Positions 1-7,369 of a stretch of 64,000 bases of DNA are shown here, one piece after another. Source of the DNA: Burkholderiaceae bacterium. GTDB taxonomy: Bacteria > Pseudomonadota > Gammaproteobacteria > Burkholderiales > Burkholderiaceae_F. The notes beneath the pieces are model-generated. The model ran no database searches. It had not been told where the DNA came from and saw only the letters and a program-made list of their open reading frames with translations. The DNA lies in the NCBI GenBank assembly GCA_035429805.1, contig DAOMFL010000003.1, forward strand, positions 7,677-71,676, in the 5' to 3' direction. The position numbers and the translations under genes are program-made. Position 1 is the stretch's first letter, and each line of letters starts with the position of its first letter.

Positions 1-198
1 GTCGAGGACCACATGCATCTGCTGTGTGCGGTCCATCTGAAGTGCCGCGGCGAGGCCGCCGAATGCATCGCGGCGCTCTACACGGCAGCACTGTCGGTGG
101 GCACCGTTGCGTGGATCGGGACCGGCGCCCAGTACCAGCGTGCCTGGTGCGACATGTACGGAGCCCGCGCAGTCCTGCCGCGACCCGCCGCAGGCTGA
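1..198 (+). CDS. 3' end of an unidentified protein-coding gene (5' part lies outside the window)
   Basis: Frame 1 is open from the window edge to TGA 196-198. GC3 codon bias is strong, like neighbouring genes. No domain recognisable by eye. Confidence 0.3.
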   Translation, partial: VEDHMHLLCAVHLKCRGEAAECIAALYTAALSVGTVAWIGTGAQYQRAWCDMYGARAVLPRPAAG

Positions 199-235
199 TT
201 CGTCCCGGTCCGGCGCGGTTGCCCGCGGCGGCCTC

Positions 236-985
236 TTACCCGCTACGCCGCGCCTCGGCCGATTCGGCCGGAAGCGCCACGGTACCGATCAGCTGTTGCA
301 GGCCGTTGCGGACGGCCGGCGTCATACCCACGAATTCGCAGCCGATGCGCTCGGCATCGCGCGCCCCGATCAGTGGTTCGATGTGACGCACGCGCAGTGC
401 GACCTCGACGCTGCGGCCGCTCGAAGTCTGCAGCGCGCAGCGCTCGATGACCCGATCGACCACGAAGACCGCGCGGTCGGCCGGGCCCTGCAGCGCCAGC
501 CCGCCGAGGCCGATGTCGCTGACCCGCAGCACGTGATGCTGGGACGATCCGGGCGCCCTGGGCACGCGGCACAGCAGGGCCGGTGTCTTCACCCGCAACG
601 ATGTGCGCCGCTGCAGCCTGAGCATCTCGCGCGGCAGCGGCAGGCGGAACGCCGCGCCGCTCGGAGTGAGCGTCTGCGCACGGCCAATGGGGAACTGCAG
701 CTTGACGTTGTCGACGAACCCGACCATGACCAGCGACCCGGCGGCTGCGATCGCCTGCCGGCCCAGGGCATCGACGGTGAGATCGACGATCAGTTCGTCG
801 GCACCCGCATGCACATCGAGCACGCTGCCGACCGCGAAGCCGGTGTCGTCGCCGTAATAGAGCGTGACGAGCAGGTGCTGGTCGCGCAACTGCCGCAGCG
901 CCGAGACGATCTCGACGCGCGACCGCACCGTGAACGGCGCCAGCGCCGGCGACGGCGGCTCCGGGAAGGGCGACGTCATTCCCAC
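236..985 (-). CDS. ycgR: YcgR-type flagellar brake protein with C-terminal PilZ domain (c-di-GMP receptor)
   Basis: 249-aa ORF with YcgR-N plus PilZ layout. PilZ motifs are RRTSLR (RxxxR) and SDIGLGG (DxSxxG variant). AAGGAG lies upstream of GTG 985 / ATG 979. Confidence 0.8.
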   Translation of the reverse strand: MGMTSPFPEPPSPALAPFTVRSRVEIVSALRQLRDQHLLVTLYYGDDTGFAVGSVLDVHAGADELIVDLTVDALGRQAIAAAGSLVMVGFVDNVKLQFPIGRAQTLTPSGAAFRLPLPREMLRLQRRTSLRVKTPALLCRVPRAPGSSQHHVLRVSDIGLGGLALQGPADRAVFVVDRVIERCALQTSSGRSVEVALRVRHIEPLIGARDAERIGCEFVGMTPAVRNGLQQLIGTVALPAESAEARRSG

Positions 986-1022
986 GGCGGCTCCTTGCTG
1001 CCTGCGCGTCGGGCAACGCGCA

Positions 1023-1358
1023 TCAGCGCTGCGCGATCCGGCTGCTGCGGCCGTTCAGCAGCGCCTCGAGCTGCTTCAGCCAGGGTTCGGACAGTTCGCG
1101 GATTTCAGCATCGTCCGCCAGCATGGCGCGCAGCAGGGCCAGTCGCTGACGGCGTCCGATCGGCACTCCGTCGGCCGCCCCGGCCTGCTTCAGCCCGGAG
1201 ATCAAGGCGCGACAGCGATCCTCCTCGCGGCTCACCTGATCCCAGTCGTCGCGTCGCGCCGCATCGAGCATGCGTCGGCTGGACGCCGCGATCGCTTCGT
1301 AGTGATGAATCGTCGACGAGCGCTCGGTGTTCGCACTCGATCCCTCATCCGGCGGCAT
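1023..1358 (-). CDS. fliT: FliT-like flagellar export chaperone / anti-FlhDC factor (start uncertain)
   Basis: The last 111 aa of the 193-aa ORF are helical with a FliT-like pattern (DWDQV..., LLRAMLADDAEIRELSEPWLKQLEALL). ATG 1358 is preceded by AGGGA; alternative ATGs at 1400 and 1424. It lies 37 nt upstream of ycgR on the same strand. Confidence 0.5.
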   Translation of the reverse strand: MPPDEGSSANTERSSTIHHYEAIAASSRRMLDAARRDDWDQVSREEDRCRALISGLKQAGAADGVPIGRRQRLALLRAMLADDAEIRELSEPWLKQLEALLNGRSSRIAQR

Positions 1359-1711
1359 CGCGTCCCTGGTTGCAGCGCCTGCAGTGTCCACGCATTCCAT
1401 GTCCTGCACTGTATCGACCCGCATCACCCGGGCATCGGCGAAGTGGACGGCCAAACATCTGTCTTTTTCTTCGGGCGTCGGCGAGCGATCTGCGCGTCGG
1501 TCGACGCGGCCGATCGCAGCGCCGTGGGGCGAGCGTGCGCCCGCTCGCGGCCGCGGCCCCGTGTAGGGCGAATTCCTACAGGCCCGCGCGAACCGCGCCG
1601 ACACGTGGTCGGGCCGTGCACCGATTCAGTTCGTCCCCGACCGTTCGCACAATGGCACCACTTCGCAACCAACCACGCCCGCCACCGCGGGCCCACGCCG
1701 GAGGGACCCAA

Positions 1712-2062
1712 ATGAGCACGATCGCACCCAGCAACGAACAACTGCTCCAGGAAATCCGCGAGGTCAACCTCGCCTACCTGGTGCTGGCCCAGCACATGAT
1801 CCGCGCCGATAAGGCGCAGGCGCTGTACCGCCTGGGCGTCTCCGAAGAGGTCGCGACGATCATCGACCAGCTCTCGCCGGCGCAACTGATGAAGATCGCC
1901 GGCAGCAACCAGCTGATCCTGCGCTTCCGCTTCGACGACGACATGGTGTGGAACCTGCTGACCAGCCACAGCAAGAGCAAGTCGACCGCCGCCGGCGCCG
2001 CTGTCGCGGGCCTGCACGCCAACATTGTGATGGCCGGACAACTGGCCGACGTCACCGCCTAG
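1712..2062 (+). CDS. flhD: Flagellar transcriptional activator FlhD
   Basis: 116 aa, MSTIAPSNEQLLQEIREVNLAYLVLAQHMIRADKAQALYRLGVSEE..., typical FlhD. GGAGGGA RBS. It is the last part of the spurious 107..2062 ORF. Confidence 0.95.
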   Translation: MSTIAPSNEQLLQEIREVNLAYLVLAQHMIRADKAQALYRLGVSEEVATIIDQLSPAQLMKIAGSNQLILRFRFDDDMVWNLLTSHSKSKSTAAGAAVAGLHANIVMAGQLADVTA

Positions 2063-2087
2063 TCCCATCGTCACGCGGGGAGCTGCC

Positions 2088-2639
2088 ATGCGCATCAAGA
2101 GCATCGTTTCCGAGAGCCGCCAGATCCAGCGCGCGATCGCGCTGATCAAGCTGGGCGCGCGCCTGCAGGTGCTGGAGTCCGAGACCGACCTGAGCTACGA
2201 GCGCCTGCTGCGCCTGTACAAGGAAGTCCAGGGCGAGTCCCCGGCGCGCGGCATGCTGCCGTTCTCGACCGACTGGTTCATGACCTGGCAGCCGAACATC
2301 CATTCGTCGCTGTTCCTGAACATCTACGAGTACCTGGACAAGAGCAGCGAACTGGAAGAGATCGACGCCATCATCAAGGCCTACGAGCTGTACCTCGAGC
2401 AGATCCGCGCGCAGGGGCTGGAGCCGCTGCTGTCGGTGACGCGCGCGTGGCGCCTGGTGAAATTCGTCGACGCCGGCATGGTGACGTTGACGCCCTGCTG
2501 CAAGTGCGGCGGCAAGTTCGTCACGCACACGTTTGAACTGACGAAGGATTACATCTGCGGCCTGTGCGAGCCCCCGGCGCGCGCAGGCAAGGGCAAGGCA
2601 CAGATCGCCACCGCCCCCGCGGACGAGACCGTGCACTGA
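2088..2639 (+). CDS. flhC: Flagellar transcriptional activator FlhC
   Basis: 183 aa, starts 25 nt after flhD. FlhC-type sequence with a C-terminal Cys cluster (CCKCGGKF...CGLC). Confidence 0.95.
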   Translation: MRIKSIVSESRQIQRAIALIKLGARLQVLESETDLSYERLLRLYKEVQGESPARGMLPFSTDWFMTWQPNIHSSLFLNIYEYLDKSSELEEIDAIIKAYELYLEQIRAQGLEPLLSVTRAWRLVKFVDAGMVTLTPCCKCGGKFVTHTFELTKDYICGLCEPPARAGKGKAQIATAPADETVH

Positions 2640-2721
2640 GTGCTGTCGGGCAACCGACGGGTGCCGGCGGAGGCCACGGCCGCCGGCTAGGTTCAAGTGG
2701 CATTCCTTTCCTCCGCTATTT

Positions 2722-2747
2722 GGCCCGGGCAACCGGGCCATTTTTTT
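2722..2747 (+). terminator. Rho-independent terminator after flhDC
   Basis: GGCCCGG-GCAA-CCGGGCC stem-loop followed by a run of 7 T. Confidence 0.7.
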
Positions 2748-2760
2748 GGCAAACGGTCCT

Positions 2761-3151
2761 CGTGTACGCGAGCCCTGCGGGCTCGCACGTGCACTCGGAC
2801 CGGTTACGCGCACTGCGTGCGCGCTCAGGACTGGTGAGTCGGCTGCGCTCCGGAGCGGCCACGCGCTCCGCCGACCAACAACCGCACGGCACTCTCCCTG
2901 CCCCTCTCGCCGGGCGAGATGGAAGAATGCACTCCTGCCTGCGCCCTCCTCGCCCGGCGAGGAGGGAAAGGCGATTCAGGCACTGCGGGGTGTGTCGCGG
3001 GGTGGAGTGCGCGTAGTTGTACTGCGGCGGAGCGCGCGGCCGCTCCGGCGCGCAGCCGACTGACTAGTGTTGAGCGGTTCGCGCAATGCGCGAACCGTGC
3101 CGGAGCGAGTGCACGTGCAAAGGCCGGCTTCCGCCGGCCTTTGCGTACACG
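2761..3151. repeat. 391-bp composite palindromic MITE/REP-like element (two inverted arms of about 190 bp)
   Basis: Bounded by CGTGTACGC ... GCGTACACG. The arms share GCACGTGCACTCG, AGTCGGCTGCGC.CCGGAGCGGCC.CGCGCTCCGCC and CTCGCCGGGCGAG blocks in inverted orientation. A third related copy lies at 30375-30548. Confidence 0.8.
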
Positions 3152-3163
3152 AGCGACGCTGCG

Positions 3164-3949
3164 CTACGCGTAGAGCGGTATCTCCAGCTCCCGCACCAGC
3201 GCCGCGTTGACGTAGGCATGAAGCGCAAGGCGCTCGAGGTCGCCGAGGCCGACGAACGCGACGCCGAGCGTCCTGTCGGTGGAACCGACCTCCGGCTTGC
3301 GGACCGGTCGCGCGCGCGCCTCGATCAGGACTTCCTGGTCGGCGACGTGCACACGGAACACGACGCGGATCTCGTCGTAGAAGACAGCGAGTTCATCCTG
3401 CAGCGTGATCGCCGCGCCGGCGGTGGAGAGGTCGTGGATCAGACCCTTGGCGAAGCGGCCGTTGGCCGCCTGGCCCGGATACACCATGCACTGCAGATCG
3501 CTGCGCACGCGACGCGCGGCACGCAGGTTGCGCTTCTCGACCTGGCGCGTGCCAACCCAGCCGATGTGCAGATACGGGAACGGTGCCGTGCAGACCTTCA
3601 GCAGCGGCGCCACGAACTCGTACACGTACTCGCCGGAGAAGCTGCGGAACCGGTACAAGCGGCCCTCGCGGATGAAGATCTGCGACTCGTCGGGCGCGGT
3701 GACCAGCAGCGACTTGCCCTCGTGCACACCGATCAGCTTGACGGTCGCCGCGGACTGCAGGCTTTCGCCGTCGAGCCACATCTTCATCTGCCGCCACGAG
3801 GCGATCTCGCGGTTCGATGCGTGGCGGTCCGCCGCCGCCATCGATCCCGATCCGACCACTGTCGGCACCGTGATCGTTCCGAGCGTCGCCGGACCGGTAG
3901 GACGGGCCAGCGTATTGAATCCGGTAGCAGTGGGTTCGGTGAGGTCCAT
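3164..3949 (-). CDS. Second YcgR-like PilZ-domain protein
   Basis: 261 aa from ATG 3949 (GGGAAG upstream). PilZ motifs RNLRAARRVR (RxxxR) and DLSTAG (DxSxxG). An N-terminal YcgR-like domain is plausible. Confidence 0.7.
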   Translation of the reverse strand: MDLTEPTATGFNTLARPTGPATLGTITVPTVVGSGSMAAADRHASNREIASWRQMKMWLDGESLQSAATVKLIGVHEGKSLLVTAPDESQIFIREGRLYRFRSFSGEYVYEFVAPLLKVCTAPFPYLHIGWVGTRQVEKRNLRAARRVRSDLQCMVYPGQAANGRFAKGLIHDLSTAGAAITLQDELAVFYDEIRVVFRVHVADQEVLIEARARPVRKPEVGSTDRTLGVAFVGLGDLERLALHAYVNAALVRELEIPLYA

Positions 3950-4114
3950 GGCAGGCTTCCCCGCGACAGTCGACGAGTCCCAAGTTTGCGGTACTCGACG
4001 CGAGGCGGGTGCGCCGAGAACGCCGGAGTCGATCGGCCAATTCATGCGCTCGGCCGACCGCGTTCGGGTCAGCGGCCGCAGGTCGGCTCAATCCGCCGAA
4101 AAGCAGGGCTTCAG

Positions 4115-4142
4115 TCAAGGCGCGCCGGAAATCTGCCGACAT
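4115..4142 (+). promoter_or_regulatory. Possible sigma28 (FliA)-type promoter for the CheY-like gene
   Basis: TCAAGG-N14-GCCGACAT compared with the TAAA-N15-GCCGATAA consensus, about 90 nt upstream of ATG 4231. Confidence 0.35.
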
Positions 4143-4230
4143 CCCGGGTGTGGAACCGGAGCGGGTCCGTTGCCTTCTTGGTCCCCGCCGAGCACCGCCC
4201 TGCTTCGCGTTCCACGCCCAATTCCGACCG

Positions 4231-4713
4231 ATGGCCCAGCCCGCCGCCACCCGCTTCCTCGTCGTCGACGACTTCACGACGATGCGCCGCATCCTGCGCA
4301 ACCTGCTCACGGAGCTCGGTTTTCGCCAGGTCGACGAAGCGAGCGACGGCCGCGTGGCCTTCGAAATGCTGCGCGACGGTTCGTACGACTTCGTCATCAG
4401 CGACATCAACATGCCGCGGGTCAACGGCTACGAACTGCTGCGCCAGATCCGCGCTGATTCCAGGCTCAAGGACCTGCCGGTCCTGCTGATCACCAGCGAG
4501 GCCAGCAAGGACGAGGTACTGCAGGCGATCCGGCTCGGCGCCAACGGCACGATCCTGAAGCCGCTGACGAAGTCGTCGCTCGAGGAAAAGGTGCGCAACA
4601 TCCAGTTGCGCTCGTCCGCCTGGCCTTCATCCGGAACCGCGCGCATCGCGACCGCGAACTCTGCCGGCGCGGCGCCGCGCGCGCAGACGACAGTTACACC
4701 CCGCAGCGCCTGA
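4231..4713 (+). CDS. CheY-like single-domain response regulator with a C-terminal tail of about 30 aa
   Basis: Receiver-domain residues VVDDF, phospho-acceptor in VISDINMP, LLITSEA, and K in ILKPL. Start chosen at MAQPAATRFLVVDD. Confidence 0.85.
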   Translation: MAQPAATRFLVVDDFTTMRRILRNLLTELGFRQVDEASDGRVAFEMLRDGSYDFVISDINMPRVNGYELLRQIRADSRLKDLPVLLITSEASKDEVLQAIRLGANGTILKPLTKSSLEEKVRNIQLRSSAWPSSGTARIATANSAGAAPRAQTTVTPRSA

Positions 4714-4769
4714 CGGCTCCCGGTTCGACCGCACCGATACAATCGGCGCGAACGGGACCAGGAGCAAAC

Positions 4770-5168
4770 ATGAGTTCGGAAACAGGGCTGGCCCGCGTGG
4801 GGCTCGCCACATTGGCGCTGCTGCTCGCGGCCTGCGCGCCGGACGCCTGGCAGAACTACAAGGCGACCGGCTTCAACGACTACCTGAACGTCGTGCAGCA
4901 GAACTGCCAGCCGCTGTGGATCGGCGGCAACCTGATGCGGTCGATCGACGCGTCGGCCTGGCAGGGTCAGGGCGGCGGATTCGACCAGTGGCTCGATGCC
5001 ACGTCGCGCCTGTACTACAACCGCATGACGCCAGCCGAATACCGCAACTCGGTGCAGACACTCGTGATGAGCACAAGCGACTCACGCACCAATCAGTCGA
5101 TCGACTGCATCGTCGCGCAGCTTCCGCCGGATCGGCCGCGACAGCCGCCTGGCGGCATCGTGCGCTAG
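4770..5168 (+). CDS. Hypothetical lipoprotein
   Basis: 132 aa, signal peptide with lipobox LLAAC, AGGAGC RBS. No recognisable domain. Confidence 0.6.
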   Translation: MSSETGLARVGLATLALLLAACAPDAWQNYKATGFNDYLNVVQQNCQPLWIGGNLMRSIDASAWQGQGGGFDQWLDATSRLYYNRMTPAEYRNSVQTLVMSTSDSRTNQSIDCIVAQLPPDRPRQPPGGIVR

Positions 5169-5188
5169 GTCGGAGTCCGCGCCCGCAC

Positions 5189-6217
5189 TCAGCTGTGGCC
5201 CAGCACCGGGTGCGGCCGATACGGCGCCTCCAGCCCGGCGCATTCTTCCGAAGACAGCGTCAGGTCGAGTGCCTTGACCGCCTCCTCCAGCTGCCACACC
5301 TGACTTGCACCGACGATCGGCGCCGTGACCCCGGGCCGTGACAGCAGCCATGCGTACGCCAGCGTCGCGTTCGACACCCCCCTTTTTGGCGCCAGCGCCC
5401 TGACCGCGTCCTGCACCGCGAAGTCGGCATCGCTGTAGTAGAGCTTCAGCGCGATATCGTCGGTGCGCGCACGCGCCGTCGCGCCGGCACTGCGGTCGTC
5501 ACGGGCGCGGTTGCCTGCCAGGAAGCCACGCGCGAGCGGGCTCCAGGGAAGCAGGCCGACGCCCTGGTCCCGACACAGCGGAACCATCTCGCGCTCTTCC
5601 TCGCGGTACGCGAGGTTGTAGTGATTCTGCATCGACACGAAGCGCGTCCAGCCGTGCCGCTCCGCGGCGTGCTGCATCTTGGCGAACTGCCACGCCCACA
5701 TGCTGGAGGCGCCGATGTAGCGCACCTTGCCTGCGCGGACCAGATCGTTCAGCGCCTCCATCGTCTCTTCGACCGGCGTGGCGGGGTCGTAGCGATGGAT
5801 CTGGTAGAGGTCGATGTAGTCGGCGCCGAGGCGCTTGAGGCTTGCATCCGCAGCCGCGAAGACGCGCTTGCGTGAGAGCCCGCTTGCGTTCGGTCTGTGC
5901 GCCGGCTTCGGACCCGGGTCGTTGCCGCCCTTGAACGCCAGGTCGACCGGGTAAAAGAGCTTCGTTGCAATGACGACCTCGTCGCGCGGCGCCATTTCGC
6001 GCAGCAGCCGGCCGGTGATTTCCTCCGACAGCCCCGCCGAGTACATGTCGGCGGTGTCGAAGACGTTGATGCCGAGCTCGAACGCACGCCGCACGATCGG
6101 CCGCGCCGCAGCTTCGTCGAGCACCCAAGGGCGCCAGGCCGGTGTGCCGAAGGTCATCATGCCGAGGGCAATGCGCGAGACGCTGAGTCCGCTCGCGCCA
6201 AGACGGGCGTACTGCAT
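5189..6217 (-). CDS. Aldo/keto reductase
   Basis: 342 aa, MQYARLGASGLSVSRIALGMMTFG...FDTADMYS...: AKR family pattern. Confidence 0.9.
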   Translation of the reverse strand: MQYARLGASGLSVSRIALGMMTFGTPAWRPWVLDEAAARPIVRRAFELGINVFDTADMYSAGLSEEITGRLLREMAPRDEVVIATKLFYPVDLAFKGGNDPGPKPAHRPNASGLSRKRVFAAADASLKRLGADYIDLYQIHRYDPATPVEETMEALNDLVRAGKVRYIGASSMWAWQFAKMQHAAERHGWTRFVSMQNHYNLAYREEEREMVPLCRDQGVGLLPWSPLARGFLAGNRARDDRSAGATARARTDDIALKLYYSDADFAVQDAVRALAPKRGVSNATLAYAWLLSRPGVTAPIVGASQVWQLEEAVKALDLTLSSEECAGLEAPYRPHPVLGHS

Positions 6218-6221
6218 CGCG

Positions 6222-6518
6222 TCAGCCGAGCCCGAGGAGGCGCGCGATGCGCGCCAGGTAGTCGGACCCTTTCAAGGCGTCGGCCACGACCTCGTCGGAC
6301 ACGGCTGCAAGCCGGTTCCGCACCCCGTGCAGCCCTTCGTGCACCTCGCCGTGGGATAGGTCGGGCGCGGCCAGCGCCTGCCGCAGTTGTTCGACTTCCA
6401 TGCGCAGCGTGTCGACGCTGGCGCCGCCTTCGCGCACGCGGGAAAGGTCGCGTTCGAGCTGCTCGACCAACTGAGCGACTTCATCGAGGTTCACGCGCGG
6501 TGATCCACTGCTGTTCAT
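6222..6518 (-). CDS. Small helical protein, DUF4404-like
   Basis: 98 aa, GGAGGA RBS, ends 4 nt before the AKR start. The tail ...SDYLARIARLLGLG resembles DUF4404 proteins (from memory). Confidence 0.55.
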   Translation of the reverse strand: MNSSGSPRVNLDEVAQLVEQLERDLSRVREGGASVDTLRMEVEQLRQALAAPDLSHGEVHEGLHGVRNRLAAVSDEVVADALKGSDYLARIARLLGLG

Positions 6519-6635
6519 GCCGACGTCCTCCGACAGACGGAAATGAGTCTACCCCGCACGCGCCCGGCCCTCTCTCGAAGGCATCAACACGACGCGGCCG
6601 GCGCATAATGGCCCTGGCCTGGGCGCTCAAGCCGG

Positions 6636-7310
6636 ATGAATCTTCTGCACGTTTCCGCCCCGTTCGAACTGGCCCTGCTGGGCTGGCTGGTCACTGTGCC
6701 GGCGGTCGCGCACGCCGCCTGGTCCGTCCGCCGCGGGTTCCTTCCCACCTCCTCCGCACAGCACGGCTGGTTCGCCGCGATCGTCACCGTTGCGCTGCTG
6801 TGGCTGCTGCACGTGCGTTCCCCGGTCGGCATGGATTTCGGCCTGCTGGGCTGCGCCCTGTTCGCTCTGGTCTTCGGCCGAGCGCGCGCCATCCTCGGCC
6901 TGATGTGCGCGCTGCTGCTTTACACGCTGCTGGACCATGGGCCGTGGCTGAATGTCGGCATCAACGGACTGCTGCTGGCGGTGCTGCCTGCGTGGCTCGC
7001 GTGCGCGCTGCAGCGTCAGCTCGAAAGGCGCCTGCCGAAGAACCTCTTCATCTTCATGATCGGCAACGGCATGTTCGTCACGCTGGTGACGACGGCGTGC
7101 GTCAGCCTGCTGCTGCTCGGCGTGTCGGTGCTCGATTCGGCCGGCGAACCACGGATGATCGCCGACCACCTCGCGTATTCGCTGCTGCTGGCCTGGGGCG
7201 AGGCGCTGGTGTCGGGCATGCTGTTCTCGGCCCTTGTCGTGTTCACCCCGGGTGCCGTGCTGACGTATCGCCAGGACCTCTACTTGCCGCCACGCCGCCG
7301 CCTGCACTGA
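6636..7310 (+). CDS. Polytopic inner-membrane protein, family not recognised with confidence
   Basis: 224 aa with about 6 hydrophobic helices. Possibly CbiM/ECF-permease-like, but no partner genes nearby. Confidence 0.55.
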   Translation: MNLLHVSAPFELALLGWLVTVPAVAHAAWSVRRGFLPTSSAQHGWFAAIVTVALLWLLHVRSPVGMDFGLLGCALFALVFGRARAILGLMCALLLYTLLDHGPWLNVGINGLLLAVLPAWLACALQRQLERRLPKNLFIFMIGNGMFVTLVTTACVSLLLLGVSVLDSAGEPRMIADHLAYSLLLAWGEALVSGMLFSALVVFTPGAVLTYRQDLYLPPRRRLH

Positions 7311-7369
7311 GCCGCCGCGCTGTCCGGCACTGCTATCCTGCCCGGCCCACTCCCGGAATCCCCGCCCGC

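Noticed and set aside
107-2062. 651-aa ORF on the plus strand
   Set aside because: Only the last 116 codons (flhD) are credible. The rest is Arg/Ala/Pro-rich and antisense to the ycgR and fliT-like genes, which carry recognisable motifs. Long shadow ORFs are expected at this GC content.
3118-3143. Hairpin first taken as a dedicated terminator of the second PilZ gene
   Set aside because: It is the outermost module of the right arm of the 391-bp palindromic repeat (equivalent hairpins at 2770-2784 and about 30385-30397). It may still terminate transcription, but it is not an independent feature.
4714-4769. GGTTCGA motif suggestive of a tRNA T-arm
   Set aside because: The gap is only 56 nt, with no acceptor or anticodon stems. 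No tRNA-like cloverleaf was found in any intergenic region I inspected.
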